Origin: Malacoraja senta
Lineage: Eukaryota
Length of the DNA: 64,000 bases
Direction: 5' to 3'
Assembly: GCA_038087875.1 (NCBI GenBank)
Contig: CM075988.1
Coordinates: 11,038,001 to 11,102,000 of the forward strand
Under the pieces are notes generated by a model. The model was not told where the DNA came from and ran no database searches. It worked only from the letters and a program-made list of their open reading frames with translations. The position numbers and the translations under genes are program-made. Below, in pieces: positions 26,227 through 42,344 of this stretch (the first letter of the stretch is position 1; each line of letters begins with the position of its first letter).

Positions 26227-27047
26227 CCAATGTAGATAATTACTCAAGAGATGAAGGCAAATTGCAGCATTGTTGCTTGCGAAGGTAAATCTAAATCTGA
26301 TGTCAGTCAAAATGTGATACAGAACTCTTCAGACTACATGCACTTTGCTCACTTTCAAATATGTTTTACTTTAAGAATTCGAGTACAGCTCTCACCATGA
26401 GAATCAGACCAGGGGATACAACACATCAAACCCACACATTAAAATAGTTTGCTGGAGGCACCTCACTTTACATGGCATCCCAGCAGGAAGTGTTTGACTG
26501 AACTGACAGATTGGATATCCAAATGTGAGCATTTTCATTTCATACAAAAGTAAGGAGGTGATTTTCATTTGCTGCTTATATTGACATAAATTGATTACTG
26601 AGCCTGAAGAACATGAATACGTTGTCAGAAAATGGGAGGTTGGAGCTAGGGCATTCAAATCCTCCACTCAATTGTGCAATTCATGTCCCCTCTGAAGCTC
26701 TGCAACACATATCCCTACTGTATAGAAATTGCCAACCATAACCCAAATGATTGATTGTCATGTTCCTCCAAGTGCAAAATGTGATGCATGATTAGATATT
26801 TAAATTACCATCATGTTACACTTGCAGATGAAGCTGTTTGGTGTATATGCTCCATCAAGGTGCATATGTTTTGCCTTTCCAGTGTTGAAGGGACATAAGA
26901 GAGAGTTTGCGGCTGGTCACAAAGTGAAATATCTGGCGAGTTCAATCTGTCACATCTGTTTCTGGCAACTAAGGTGACGGGGGAACGATTATATCGGAAT
27001 ATGAGGGTGGTGGGTGTACGGAACGAGCTGCCGGCGGAGGTTGTTGA

Positions 27048-28304
27048 CAATAGACAATAGGTGCAGGAGTCGGCCATTCGGCCCTTCGAGCCAGCCATTC
27101 AATGTGATCATGGCTGATCATCCCCAATCAGTACCCCGTTCCTGCCTTCTCCCCATATCCCCTGACTCCGCTATTTTTAACAGCCCTATCTAGCTCTCTC
27201 TTGAAAGCATCCAGAGAACCTGCCTCCACCACCCTCTGAGACAGAGAATTCCACAGACTCACCACTCTCTGTGAGAAAAAGTGTTTCCTCATCTCCGTTC
27301 TAAATGGCTTACTCCTTATTCTTAAACTGTGGCCCCTGGTTCTGGACTCCCCCAACATCGGGAATGTCCCTCCTCAAATTAGGGGACCAAAACTGCACAC
27401 AATACTCCAGGTGTGGTCTCACTAGGGCTCTGTACAACTGCAGAAGGACCTCTTTGCTCCTGTATTCAATTCCTCTTGTTATAAAGGCCAACATGCCATT
27501 TGCTTTCCTCACTGCCTTCTGCACCTGCATGCTTACTTTCATAGACTGATGTACAAGGACCCCCAGATCCCGTTGTACTTCCCCTTTTCCCACTTGACGC
27601 CATTTAAATAGTAATCGGCCTTCCTGTTTTGCTACCAAAGTGGATAACCTCACATTTATCCGCATTAAACTTCATCTGCCATGCATCTGCCCACTCCCCC
27701 AACCTGTCCAAGTCACCCTGCATTCTCATAATATCCTCCTCACAGTTCACACTGCCACCCAGCATTGTGTCATCTGCAAATTTGCTGATGTTACTTGTAT
27801 CCCTTCATCCAAATCATTAATGTATATATACCACACCGAGCCTTGCGGTACCCCACTAGTCACTGCCTGCTTTTCTGAAAGGGACCCGTTAATCCCTATT
27901 CTTTATTACATGTCTGCCAACCACTTCTCTATCCATGTCAGCACTCTACCCCCAATACCATGTGCCCTAATTTTGCCCACTAATCTCCTATGTGGGACCT
28001 TATCAAATGCTTTCTGAAAGTCCAGGTACACTACATCCACTGGTTCTCCATTGTCCATTATCCTAGTTACATCTTCAAAAAATTCCAGAAGATTAGTCAA
28101 GCATGATTTTCCCTTTGTAAATCCATGCTGACTCGGATCGATCCTGTTACTGCTATCCAAATGTTTGGCTATCTCATCTTTTATAATTGACTCCAGCATC
28201 TTCCCCACCACCGATGTCAGGCTAACTGGTCTATAATTCCCTGTTTTCTCTCTCCCGCCTTTCTTAAAAAGTGGGATAACATTAGCTTAACAAAAGTGGG
28301 ACAA
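27048..28304 (-). mobile_element. CR1 LINE, 5' truncated and internally deleted, nested in a plus-strand CR1 3' fragment
   Basis: RT peptides [67 protein letters not shown]-repeat tail; host halves at 26975-27047 and 28305-28478. Confidence 0.92.
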
Positions 28305-28698
28305 TGTTGAGGCATGTACTATTGCAATATTGAAGAAGCAATTTGATAGGTACATGGATAGGACAGGTTTAGAGGGATTTGGGCTAAACGTGGGCAAGTG
28401 GGACTAGTGTAGATGGGACATGTTGGTCGGTGTGGGCATGTTGGGCTAAAGGGCCTGTTTCCACACTGAATGACTCTTTCACTCTAACTTCACAAATCTT
28501 GTTTTTGACAACTTACTAAATCCCTTATTAGTCTCAGTTCTGAGTAAACCCTACAGTTACCCTACCTTACTCCCCACACAAACTTTAGCTGGGAGTTTTC
28601 TGTGTTCTTTAGGGTAGAAATACATGTTGAATTGAACCTGGGTGTTGCCAAATCTGTTTTGATTTTGTACTCTGGAGGGAGCAATGTTGTAACGTGCA

Positions 28699-29485
28699 TC
28701 AAGCCTTACCCCACTACTCAAACCTCATGTCAAAAACCTTGGCGTGATATTTGACTCAGCACTGAAATTTGACAAACAAGTCAATGCCGTGGTAAAACCT
28801 AGCTTCTTTCAGCTTCGGACGATAGCTAAAATAAAACAATTCCTCCACTTTGATGACCTCGAAAAGATCATCCACACATTTATCTCCTCCCGCCTAGATT
28901 ACTGCAACTCCCTTTACACTGGCATCAGCCAATCTTCCCTGTCCCGCCTGCAACTGGTCCAAAACACCGCAGCGAGACTCCTGACGGGCACCCGAAAAAG
29001 GGACCACATCACCCCGATCCTGGCCTCTCCCCACTGGCTCCCTGTGCGGTTCCGTATACATTTCAAGATCCTCCTCTATGTCTACAAAGCCCTCAATGGG
29101 CTTGCCCCCACCTACATTAAACGTCTTCTCACCCACCACTCCACCTCCAGGTCCCTCAGATCGGCCGACTTGGGGTTGCTGAATATCCCGCGGTCTAGGC
29201 ATAAGCTCAGGGGCGACCGCGCCTTTGCGGTTGCAGCTCCTAGACTGTGGAACAGCATCCCCCTTCCCATCAGAACTGCCCCCTCCATCGACTCCTTTAA
29301 GTCAAGACTAAAAACGTATCCCAAGCCTTTCTTGACATCCACTGAGCGAGGGCTATATGTATATATATATATATATGTAGTTTGTTTGTTTATATTATTC
29401 TTATAACAAATGTAAAGCACTTTGGCCAACGAGAGTTGTTTTTTAAATGTGCTATATAAATAAATGTGACTTGACTTGATTTGAC
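28699..29485 (+). mobile_element. L2 LINE 3' fragment (ORF2 C-terminus)
   Basis: KNLGVIFDS..SRLDYCNSL..LQLVQNTAARLL..HITPIL..HWLPV..RAFAVAAPRLWNS; AATAAA plus (GACTT)n tail. Confidence 0.93.
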
Positions 29486-30699
29486 ATGCAATGCATTGTG
29501 CTGGAATGGCAAGCTTTTGTGTGCTTGTGCACTAAAACCATGGTGGGTCTGTGGTCATCTCTCTTCTGTGCTTTTCTACCAAGGCAAGATCTCTAGAAGT
29601 AACTCCTCCAAGATCCCTGAAGAGAGCTACTGTTTGCAATAGCATGGTCTCTTGAAGATCAAGAATACATTATTTCTGAGGGAATAATCGGCATGCGTAT
29701 CAAGCAACTCTCCTGGCTGGTGGGATATTGTGACATTGGAACTGATCTCTTGGGGCTGCAATAGTGGTTGGGATAATAGGAATGAACGTCAATCTTCTAA
29801 CATCACTGGAGCAGGCTTTAACCTTCCAAGGTTGGACATTGGGTGTTCCCAGATGTGCCCAGTGTCACTGAAGCAATGTATCTAGGTCTGACATACCAAG
29901 GTCAAGGTGAAGTGCACTTGTACACCCACGCATAATTATGAATTAATCCAAATAAAATGTTCTCTTTTTCTTCATTGCATCGACAATGCAAGCTGCATTT
30001 CTTCAGGTCTTCAGTGCAAGCTGCATTTAAAATCAATGAATTATTTCCCTTAGGCATCAATGATTACAGTAAATCAACCCTTCATGTTGGTATCATGCAC
30101 ATTTGGTTTGGCATCCTTCTCTATAATTTTTACATTAGCAAAATTTTGAACACTATGTTGTAAACAATTTACAAAAACATTCAGAGAAACATCTAATAGC
30201 GCCGTATCATTGTTTTTGTTGTAGTTCTTAATTAATATGTTTGACACATTGCTAAATGTCACGAATTCCTCGGTAGCTAGCTCTAGTTTGCCTTTTTTTT
30301 TATTACTATCTATCTTGACTTTCATTTCACACCACTCTTGCATCTAAACTTAACTGCGTCTCTTTCAAATCCCTTATCATCTCGCCCCTTTTCATGTTTC
30401 CCTTTGGAAACTTCCCTGTGCATTCATCCAATGCTTACATTTTGAGATAATGTAACGTGGTATCTAACTTCAGCAGAGTACTCCATCATCAACCCTGCAG
30501 CGCTGGGACTACTGCACACTGAGGTGACCCACTGTCCACAGGTTGCCCAAGGTTTGACCTTGCACTGCCCAGATGATTAATTAAACCACAAGGTTCATTT
30601 TTGCACATTTCTGCTGTGTTTTCAAAATGGAAGTTTAATGGTTAATATGTTTACGTTATGGGTAAGCTGCATGATGGACGTTGTGGTTTGTGTTCTCTT

Positions 30700-31190
30700 T
30701 AAACTTCCTGTGCTTTCCATTGCCTGTGTCTTGTTTGCACTAGATTTGGTCGTCAATCTCTTTTGCATCCTGACTTCAGATTGTTCACTTCTCTCTGGCC
30801 CTCAGTAATACTTCCTGTATTGCTTTTGGTTTTCGTTCATGGTGGTTTTAACCAGTCTTAATCAATAACTTCCATTTGCTTTAGTGCTCCTATTTTCCAA
30901 CATGTGAGTATCCTCCTGTTTCCTGACAGCATTGGAGGTCATTTGACAATTATGTCTATGTCACAGTATACTTGGATGTTTGCCACCTTGTCATCTCCAC
31001 TGGTATCTTCATGTACAACGCTCCATGATGAGCACGTCCAAGTGTTATGCCAAAGCCATGCATCTGTAATTATTACCTTCTGCATTCTTCTTGTTCTTAA
31101 TTGTCATCTTGACCTTATGTCCACAACATGAATAACATGAATAACTCTATTCCCCATTTTGGGAACAATGATGGTGCTGTACCCATTGTA
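30700..31190 (-). mobile_element. Possible highly decayed Gypsy pol relic
   Basis: Minus-strand peptides STIIVPKMGNRV..CG...KMTI (cf. TPIVVVPKKDGSVRICGDFKVTV) followed by VIITDA (RNase H TDAS-like); many frameshifts. Confidence 0.3.
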
Positions 31191-31532
31191 AGCTCATGAA
31201 ATGCAATGTGTCAGATTTTAGGTCAACCCAAGAACCACGAATTCTAATATCTGTGACAATTGAAGATTTATGTGTGGTCAGCTGGCATTACTTTGTGTAG
31301 AAGACAGTTAAAAAACATTCTTCTGCCACTGCTCCTTGGGTTGCTTTCTGTACTGTGTAATGAATTCCACAGATCCACCACCCTCTGATGGAATATATTC
31401 CTCCTCATCTCATCCAGATGAGACTAAGCTAATAACAAACATTTCTTTATTGAAATCACTCGTTCTCAAGTGGCAAGGTTGTTCCACAAGGTTGATTGAA
31501 GGTTTAATCGTGAAATGGAGCATTGTTCGTTA

Positions 31533-32010
31533 AAGGCCTGTCTCACGAGTCTGCGGTCATTGGCGGCGAAACAGGAATAATCTACCGCTCCTGGGCCGCC
31601 ATAGACCGCGCACTCGGTCAAACGCCCACCGCCGGGGCCGTGCGGCGTTGTTCCCAACACCGCACGGTGCTAAAATAAAACCAACACTGTTCAAAAATAT
31701 GTTCCTACCGCACAGCCGCCGCCAGTGAGGCACGAGTGCGGCACGGTCACCGCCACAGCCGCCGCTAGTGCGGCATGAGCGCCGTGCGTCGAACTTGCAC
31801 CGCCACAGCCGCCGCCAGTGAGGCACGAGTGCGGCACGGGCACCGCCACAGCCCCGCGATCTGAAAGCCGAAACAGCAAGCTCGTGGAACCGGCCGTATT
31901 TGGCCCCCCGCGCAGCATCCGTGCGGCGCTCTCGTGGTTGCCGTGCGGTCCCCTCTTCCGGCGACACCGCGCTTCACCGCCAACGACCGCAAACCCGTGG
32001 GACAGAGCCT
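31533..32010. mobile_element. PIF/Harbinger-type MITE (478 bp)
   Basis: ~38 bp imperfect TIR AAGGCCTGTCTCACGAGTCTGCGGTCATTGGCGG / CCGCCAACGACCGCAAACCCGTGGGACAGAGCCT; TTA TSD at 31530-31532 and 32011-32013; internal ~55 bp direct repeat. Confidence 0.88.
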
Positions 32011-32013
32011 TTA

Positions 32014-32190
32014 GTGATAGGAGCAGAATTAGGCCATTCGGCTCATCAAGTCTACTCCGCCATTCAATCATGGCCTATCTATCTTTCCCTCTTAACTCTA
32101 TCCTCCTGCCTTCTCCCCATTACCCTGAAACCCGTACTAATCAAGAACCTATCTATCTCTGCCTAAAAAATATCCATTGACTTGGCCGCC
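32014..32190 (-). mobile_element. CR1 3' end fragment
   Basis: GTGATAGGAGCAGAATTAGGCCATTCGG..CCATTCAATCATGG, similar to 27060-27150. Confidence 0.75.
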
Positions 32191-32904
32191 TATTTTGACC
32201 ATGAAATATCAGTTCTCGTCTCATCTAACAAAGAATTTCAGCAGTATTTTAAAAGAAGCAGCAACAAATGAAGCAACAGCAACAAGTGGTGCTCCCTAGA
32301 TGAACTTCCCTTAGCTGGGTCAAATTGCCAATTTAGTGCCACACTAAGGGTGCCACTGAGCTGTGATAATACTACTGCAGTGAGCTGTCAGAATTATTTT
32401 AATAAAAATGCTCAAAATCAATCTATCCGAGCAAAAATGGAAGCAAATTGGCACAGATGAAAATCCCTATGAGTTTCCTATTGCCAATCTGCCTGCAGAC
32501 TAGATTTTGAGATTCTTGTTGGGAATTGTAGTTCTGAAGTTTCATCGGTTTAGTTTTCTTCAAAGACTGATTAGTTTGTGTTTCTCACTTTAGGTTTGCA
32601 CTTGAATTACACCTAGGGAATAGCGAATAATATATCTGTATTTGCCCACTATGATGGATTTACCGTAGGATTTATAGTGAGTGGTTGCTATAAAGAAGGG
32701 GGTGGAAATTTCTGAGGGGGTTGTGCAGCTTGGACATGTGGAGACTTTGCTCAACTGTGTTCCTGTCTGAGAGTGGCTTCACATCTGAGATGAGAGGCTG
32801 ATTTACAGGAATAAGTCTTTTCAGAAACATTGGGAGAATTTCATGCGGGAAGCTTCTGATTTTCCCATTCATCTTGTTGGCAAGATAAGGGATGGAAAAT
32901 TAAA

Positions 32905-33031
32905 TTAGTTTATTATTGCCACGTGTACCGAGGTACAGTGAAAAGCATTTGTTTGTGTGCTAACCATTCAAAGAAAAGACGATACATGAATACAATCAAG
33001 CTGTCCACAGTGCACAGATAAATGATAAAGG
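32905..33031 (-). mobile_element. Rex1/Babar-type 3' end fragment
   Basis: TTATTGCCACGTGTACCGAGGTACAGTGAAAAGC is the reverse complement of the family tail. Confidence 0.7.
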
Positions 33032-34494
33032 CTGCCAACAAAGGCCTCTCTACTGTTAAAGCCTTTTGTATTGATTTAAATGGTTGGAGATAATTAAATA
33101 TTAAAATGCATTTAAACAATTAAAATTAGTTCAAGGTACAATTTAAAAGATTTTCAAGTACCAACAAAAAATTGAAAGTCGCATCATGATTCAAACACCT
33201 GCCTTACGTTATTTTCCACCTGTTCTTTGATCCTGTTCAAATGAGATGGGTTTGCGCTCATCTGCCAGTGTTGATGTGAAACTGAGGGGTCAGATACATC
33301 TCCTCTGCCTGCCACTATATTCAGGCCACCGCTAGTTTCTGCACTGAATCCACTGATAGAGCTGAAGGCAGATGCGCCTGCTTTTGACCCTCTATCTTTC
33401 ACATTTGTGGAACAAGCAATTTGAACAAACAACTAAATGGCTGGCAACCGACATATCTCTGTGGAATCAATGGCTGTTCATCAACTCAATTTGGCTCCAC
33501 ATTTGTCATTTGGCCAATGAATGAAACTGTGTGTGATGTATCTTTGGCTGTTGGTACAGGTTTTTTATTAACTGTCTATAACAAGCCCAAAATCATACCC
33601 AGCCTTGAGCTGGAACATAAATTGGACATTTTACCGAACTATTTGCAATGGCCATCCACTTTATACAGGTTAATGGAACGCTTTAGCTGCAAGCTTGCTT
33701 TGCTTGTCGAAAAACTGCCAGGAATTAGCAATGTTCTTGACCTAAAATCTGTCATTATAATGGAAATTATTATTCCATGCTGTAAACCAACTGCCACGCA
33801 TGATAAAACTCTCTGGACTGGCAGCACATGAAAGCTGTTTGGTTCATCTTGTTGCGAAATGGTAATCAAATTGCTGATATGGTATGAAACTGCAACTTGA
33901 AGCTTATTCAGTTTCTCATTGCCATTTAGGAAGTTTCTTGGAGTTTATCCAGCTAAGGTTCTTCCTCATACAAGGTGCAAGCTGCAAATTATATCACCAG
34001 TGACCCCCTGCATCCCAGTTGTACACTTCATGAAGAATTAAGTTTAATTTGTACTGTTTCACACAGCTGCAACTGTCTTGTCACAAATGCAGTGCTAATA
34101 TGATCCGTTATGCCCTGGATTGAATTTTAAAGATGGTTGTATAACACTCATTGAACATAATCATTGCTGGCACTTCGGGCTTGGAAAAAGGTCGTAATCA
34201 GCTGCAAACCTAATAAACTGGACAGATGTGCTGATAATCGTGGAGCAAAATAAAAATAAAACTACTGGTGCAACCCAGCAGGCTGGCAGCATCTATGGAG
34301 GCCATGGCAGAGTCAATGTTTTGGGCCAAGTCTCGGCATTAGGACCACAAATAAATCTGGTCAAGCCTACATAATCTGTGCTTAGAATTTCTATGTTTGA
34401 CTGTAATTGAAGCCTTCCTGTAAGCAGTGTACTGCAGTTATTGCACCCATTGTATGTTCAGGGATGATAAATTTCTTTGAGGTTTCATCATAAA

Positions 34495-34715
34495 ATAGAA
34501 CATAGAACATTACCGCACAAGAACGGGCCCTTCGACCCACAATGTTTATTCCAAACATGATGCCAAGTTAATCCCATCATCTGCTGGACATAATCCATAT
34601 CCCTCTCTTCCCTGCACTTTCATGTGCCTATCTAAAAGCCACTTAAACGGCATATTGTATCTGCCTCCATCACCAGCCCTGGCCCCAGGCCCCACCACGC
34701 TTTGTGCAAACCCCC
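34495..34715 (-). mobile_element. CR1 3' fragment (same subfamily at 48848-49110)
   Basis: (TAGAACA)n tail, GGCCCTTCG, CCATATCCCTC motifs. Confidence 0.7.
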
Positions 34716-35537
34716 CGCCAAAAAAACAACGCACCTATTTGCTTTGACCACACCAGTTCCATCAATGGTGCTACTTTGCCTTCTCTCATACTTCTGATAA
34801 TGATCGAAAGAAGCGTTTCATGGGGAAAATAGCTCACTATCATTACATCCCTAACAATTTCTTCTCCTGGACTATGAAACCGGATTCAATTTGTAGACAA
34901 TCCTAGAGGATTGGAAAAAATATTTCAGCTCCAACAAACATGTAGATTTCATTAAAAAGCTGTGAAAGAAAATGGGTTTGGACAAAAGGGACAACGTTTT
35001 GTCTTATGAGGCTAAAGATGGGAGATAAGGAAGGGAAGAGTTTTTATGCAGTAATTAAGGCAGCATGTGTTAACATGACCCTCTTATACTGCAATTACAT
35101 AGGTTTCTGATGTCATGACATACCCAAACCAAGCTTTACACCTTGACTACCAATCGGCACTTCTAGCAATCCTGCTCTTTTTTCTATGTAACAACGAAAT
35201 GTCAGCCGAAATTATGTGTTAAGCAATAGATTATTACTCCAACTATGAACTTCCTACGATCGAAGCCAAATCAAATGTGAAGGTATGGAGGTTTGTCTGG
35301 TAAACCATGTATTTTAATGGGAACCAAGCACAATTAGTTGATCCAAATAAATTACAAATGAATGTATAAACTAACTTGCCAAAATCAATTTCTCTGCATG
35401 GATTCTGTTAGCTATTAACAGTTTTATGTTCTTTTTAATGGAATGTGAACTCTGATCTCTGATTGAACTTGGAAATAAATGGGAAAAACATCAAATCAAT
35501 ACTCAATATGATGTGGTGTTACGTAGGTGGTGGTAAG

Positions 35538-35737
35538 NNNNNNNNNNNNNNNNNNNNNNNNNNNNNNNNNNNNNNNNNNNNNNNNNNNNNNNNNNNNNNN
35601 NNNNNNNNNNNNNNNNNNNNNNNNNNNNNNNNNNNNNNNNNNNNNNNNNNNNNNNNNNNNNNNNNNNNNNNNNNNNNNNNNNNNNNNNNNNNNNNNNNNN
35701 NNNNNNNNNNNNNNNNNNNNNNNNNNNNNNNNNNNNN
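35538..35737. other. Assembly gap (200 N)
   Basis: Run of exactly 200 N. Confidence 1.
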
Positions 35738-36394
35738 GAAACATTCGGTTTACTTCTTCACATGCTGAGTGTTTCCAGCAGATTGTTTTCCCAGATTTCA
35801 ATCATATACTGATTTTGTTTTATTTTCATTTACTGGGAGAGCTTCAAAGGATGTGGGAAAGCTTTGATTTTCCAGCAGGCCTTGTCTCACTGCCCGAATG
35901 TTGTTGTTTTTCTCCTTCTTTTTATCAGCTGCCCCTCGTACATCGTAACAATCACATCCGGGAGGTCTGGTCTACCTAGCTTAGGTTTGGTGCGTTTCTT
36001 TGGAAAATTTAAACATCAGATTGATCAGCTTTGTTGCTGCTGTATGGAGTTTGATTATCCAAACTCATCTTCGCCTGACTGCTTCCAAAATCAGAGGGTC
36101 GGCTCCCTTTCCCGTGAATGACAGGAGCTCCTGCGATCCGTCTCTATCCCAGTGATAAGTTTAGTCAATTGCTTGATGCTTTCTGACATTATGTTCTAAA
36201 TACAAAGGCTGAAGTGACAGAGGTTGTTGCCCTCTGTCTGTGTGGAGTTTGCATGTTCTCCCTGTCGCCGTGTGTGTTTCCACCGGGTGCGCACATAAAG
36301 ATGAAATAGGGTGCGGTGACATCCTGCAGTGCAGTGTTCGTGCTTTAGGACATCACACATGTGTTCTCAGTCATGTATAGCTGAAGGCACACCT

Positions 36395-37152
36395 AATCTG
36401 AAGACTGGAGCTTCATGTTCACATCCAGATTATTGGCAGGTGATCTACATTGACACTTCATTAAGGTACTGGGTGAGTACTGTGCTGGTTGAGGTGAAGT
36501 CTTGGAGGTGAGCTGTTGAAACAATTGTCCCGTCAGATTGATGTAATAGCATCCATGGTATATTTTGAAGGAGTGTGAGATCTCCATTATGGTTTAGTTT
36601 AGTTTAGAGAGACAGCATGGAAACAGGCCCTTCGGTCCACCGAGCCCACATGGACCATCGGTCAACCACTCACAATAGTTTTATGTTATCCCACTTTCAC
36701 ATTCACTTCCTACGTACAGAGGCATCTCACAGAGGCTAATAAACCAAACAAACATATACATGCACTGCTTTGGGGATGTGGGAGGAAACCGGAGCACCCC
36801 GGTATAAACCCACATTGTGTCAGGGAGAACATGCAAACTCCACACAGACAGTACCCGAGGTCAGGATTGAACCCAGGTCTCTGGTGGTGTGAGGCAGTAG
36901 CTCTGACAGCTGCGCCACTGTGCCACCCTTTATTTGCCACATTAATTTTCCGATATTAACCCCTAACATCAAAATCGGCAGATTATTCAGCCGTTGTCAT
37001 ATTGCTCTTGGTAAAGAGATTGCTGTGGGCACTTGGGCTGCCCTGAATGTGTGTACCTTCCAGTGATTGCATTTCAAAAGTACATCACTGTGTGTACATC
37101 ACTTGAGAAATCCTTTTGTCTTGCAATTAACCACATAAAATGCAAGTTCCTT
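36395..37152 (+). mobile_element. Old DeuSINE (SacSINE1-like) split by a V-SINE
   Basis: Deu-domain-like 36440-36590 (TGACACT..GTACTGGGTGAGTACTG..GAGGTG..GATGTAATAGCATCCATGG) and tail TTCAAAAGTAC..TAAAATGCAAGTTC. Confidence 0.6.
36592..36928 (-). mobile_element. V-SINE, full length
   Basis: (GTTTA)n tail through to the head CTGCGCCACTGTGCCACCC. Confidence 0.88.
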
Positions 37153-37448
37153 ATTTTATTCCTGAAGCAAATCTTTAGCTTGAATAAACCTTTCAACATT
37201 TGTCCCTGAGGATTGCAGAGCTGGGGATAATAATAATGCAAGTGTCAGTTCTTTTAATTATTGTGGGTTTTAAAAAAAATGATTTTTGATATTTCAGTCA
37301 TTGTGTTTTATTTTGACTTGATTCTCCATGTTTAAAGGACTTTTTTTTTTCTTATTCATAAATGTTGGGAATCTTGCAAAGTCTGATAGGTGCTAAACTG
37401 CAGGTGGATCCTTATCAGCAGTCAAAGGTTTTCAGAAGAAGATTCTTA

Positions 37449-37722
37449 TGCCCCTGTCCCACTTAGGAAACCTGAACGGAAACCTCTGGAGACTTTGCGC
37501 CCCACCCAAGGTTTCCGTGCGGTTCCTGGAGGTTGTTGTCAGCCTCCCTAATGGTCGAAAGTGGTTTCCGCTTCGTCTATGTTCTGCCGATTATTTCAAA
37601 AAATTCAAAACCGGCCGCGACTAAAATAGGTTGCCGTTTTAAAAATCAGTAATTTTTTGGTTGAAGCCGGTTGCGATGCTAGTTGAAGGTGGTTGCCGGA
37701 GGTTGCAGGTAGTGGAAGGTAA
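37449..37722. mobile_element. Harbinger-type MITE, one terminus only
   Basis: TTA followed by TGCCCCTGTCCCACTTAGG, the same terminal motif as 31533 and 53745; no partner TIR found. Confidence 0.6.
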
Positions 37723-37775
37723 GACCTCCCTGGTGGAATAAACTGGGTGAAAAAAAGGTCTGAGGAGATTCAGCA

Positions 37776-40730
<2,955 letters not shown>

Positions 40731-42344
40731 CTTGAGTTTGTTTCAAAAGAACTAAACATGAATCTATAAACCTAGCAAGAAATGGTTGCAGCAGTGCATG
40801 TATGTATGTGGTATTGATTGTAAGTGGATGAACTAGGTGATTGAATGTTACCAGACCCCACTGTCTAGTGTGTCTACTAGCGTGATACAGAGTTGTTATT
40901 GTACAGGGGAGGGCTCCATCCTTCCTGCACATCACCATTGACTAAGATGGATGAGACTTGTCCAGGTGCTGCCTAAGGAGCCGCCAAAGCATTTGTTTCC
41001 TAGTTCACAATTCGGACATGTTTTGTAGAGATTGAACAAATGAAGTGTGAGTTAATATTCTAATCCTGCTGCCCAGATTCCAGTTATTTTCTGACCTCTT
41101 CATTTGTGGTGCAGTCTGCTCAGAGTAGAGGATGTAAACTGTAGCACCAGACCCATCCAGCATGGTTATAAAATAAATAGCCTATTTAACCAATTCCTGG
41201 TGATCTTTTGTATTGATTGAATATGTTGAAGTATTTAACTGAAATACATAAACACATATATTCTTAACGTTAGGGGGGTGTGGGGGGTGTTAAACATTTT
41301 CACGACTTGTTTGCTTATATTGAGCACAGGACAAATTCAGTTAAAGTTTTTCTTTACACTGTGGAACTAAACATCTCCACCAGAGCAGCCCGTTGCATGG
41401 ATCAGGCACTGTGCCTCATGAGCAGAGAGAGAGGTCTAGGTCTGGCTGCAATCAAACTGATGAGTCAGCGAGAGGGCATGTGGGCAATTTATCGAGCTGT
41501 CTGGTAAACAAAGAATGAATGTGTGGGCGATAAGGGATGAAATGAGGCTGGAGCTTAAATTGGAAAGTTCCTGTCTCTTAAGGCATCCCCTGCAATTAGA
41601 CGGTTTCGAAGGCGGTGTAATAGTTGATGATTCGGGTGTGAATATAGAATAAACACAAGAAAAGATCCGGGCAAAGTAAGAGAAAGATGACGCATCTTGA
41701 GACTCGAACACAAAAGCAGTCCAAAGTCATCACGTTGTACCCGAGTGCTCTGCCAAGTACATTGGTGAGACTGTCACAGCACAGGCAACAGAGCTAATAG
41801 ACAAAGCATCAATTAGAATTACCATGAGGGTGTTTTAGACTGGCGAAAGCCCTGAGCATAATGCTATTCTTGGTTTCATCCATTATATTAGAACAGGGGC
41901 TAATGTTCAGAAGTTTTACTCAATAAATGGAGCACTTTTTCATTTCCTTTTATCTGGAGCTGTGTGGCAGCTGCACTGCCCACAACACTATTGTGCTGCA
42001 CTACAACTAATTTCTGAGGAGTACAGTTAAGTTAGGCAGAACTTTTTTAATGCGGGGTAAAATGTTTAGGGAGGTTTGATACCGAATGGGTCACATCAAA
42101 TTTAAATGTACTTTGCCAATAGCAATGCAGCACTGTTTAAATGTAGCGTTGATCTTTCACTATCTAATAAACAAGTTTTGTCGATTTACTGACAGAGGTG
42201 GTTGAAAAATGTAACTTTATAACGAACTTTGGATAGTCGTTCACGAAAAACAGTTTCTTTTTGTCAGAAGTTTAATCCATTCCGACTGTCAACCATGCGT
42301 AAATTGATGCTTTTCGTTACATCCCTCCCCTTTCTTATCCTCTT

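Noticed and set aside
31466..32180. Cluster of GC-rich ORFs / apparent CpG island promoter
   Set aside because: Lies within a TIR- and TSD-bounded MITE; no transposase motif
35463..35979. ORFs spanning X runs
   Set aside because: Read-through of the N gap
41735..41775. PECSAKYIGET resembling the GIY-YIG motif
   Set aside because: Isolated short match without flanking PLE sequence
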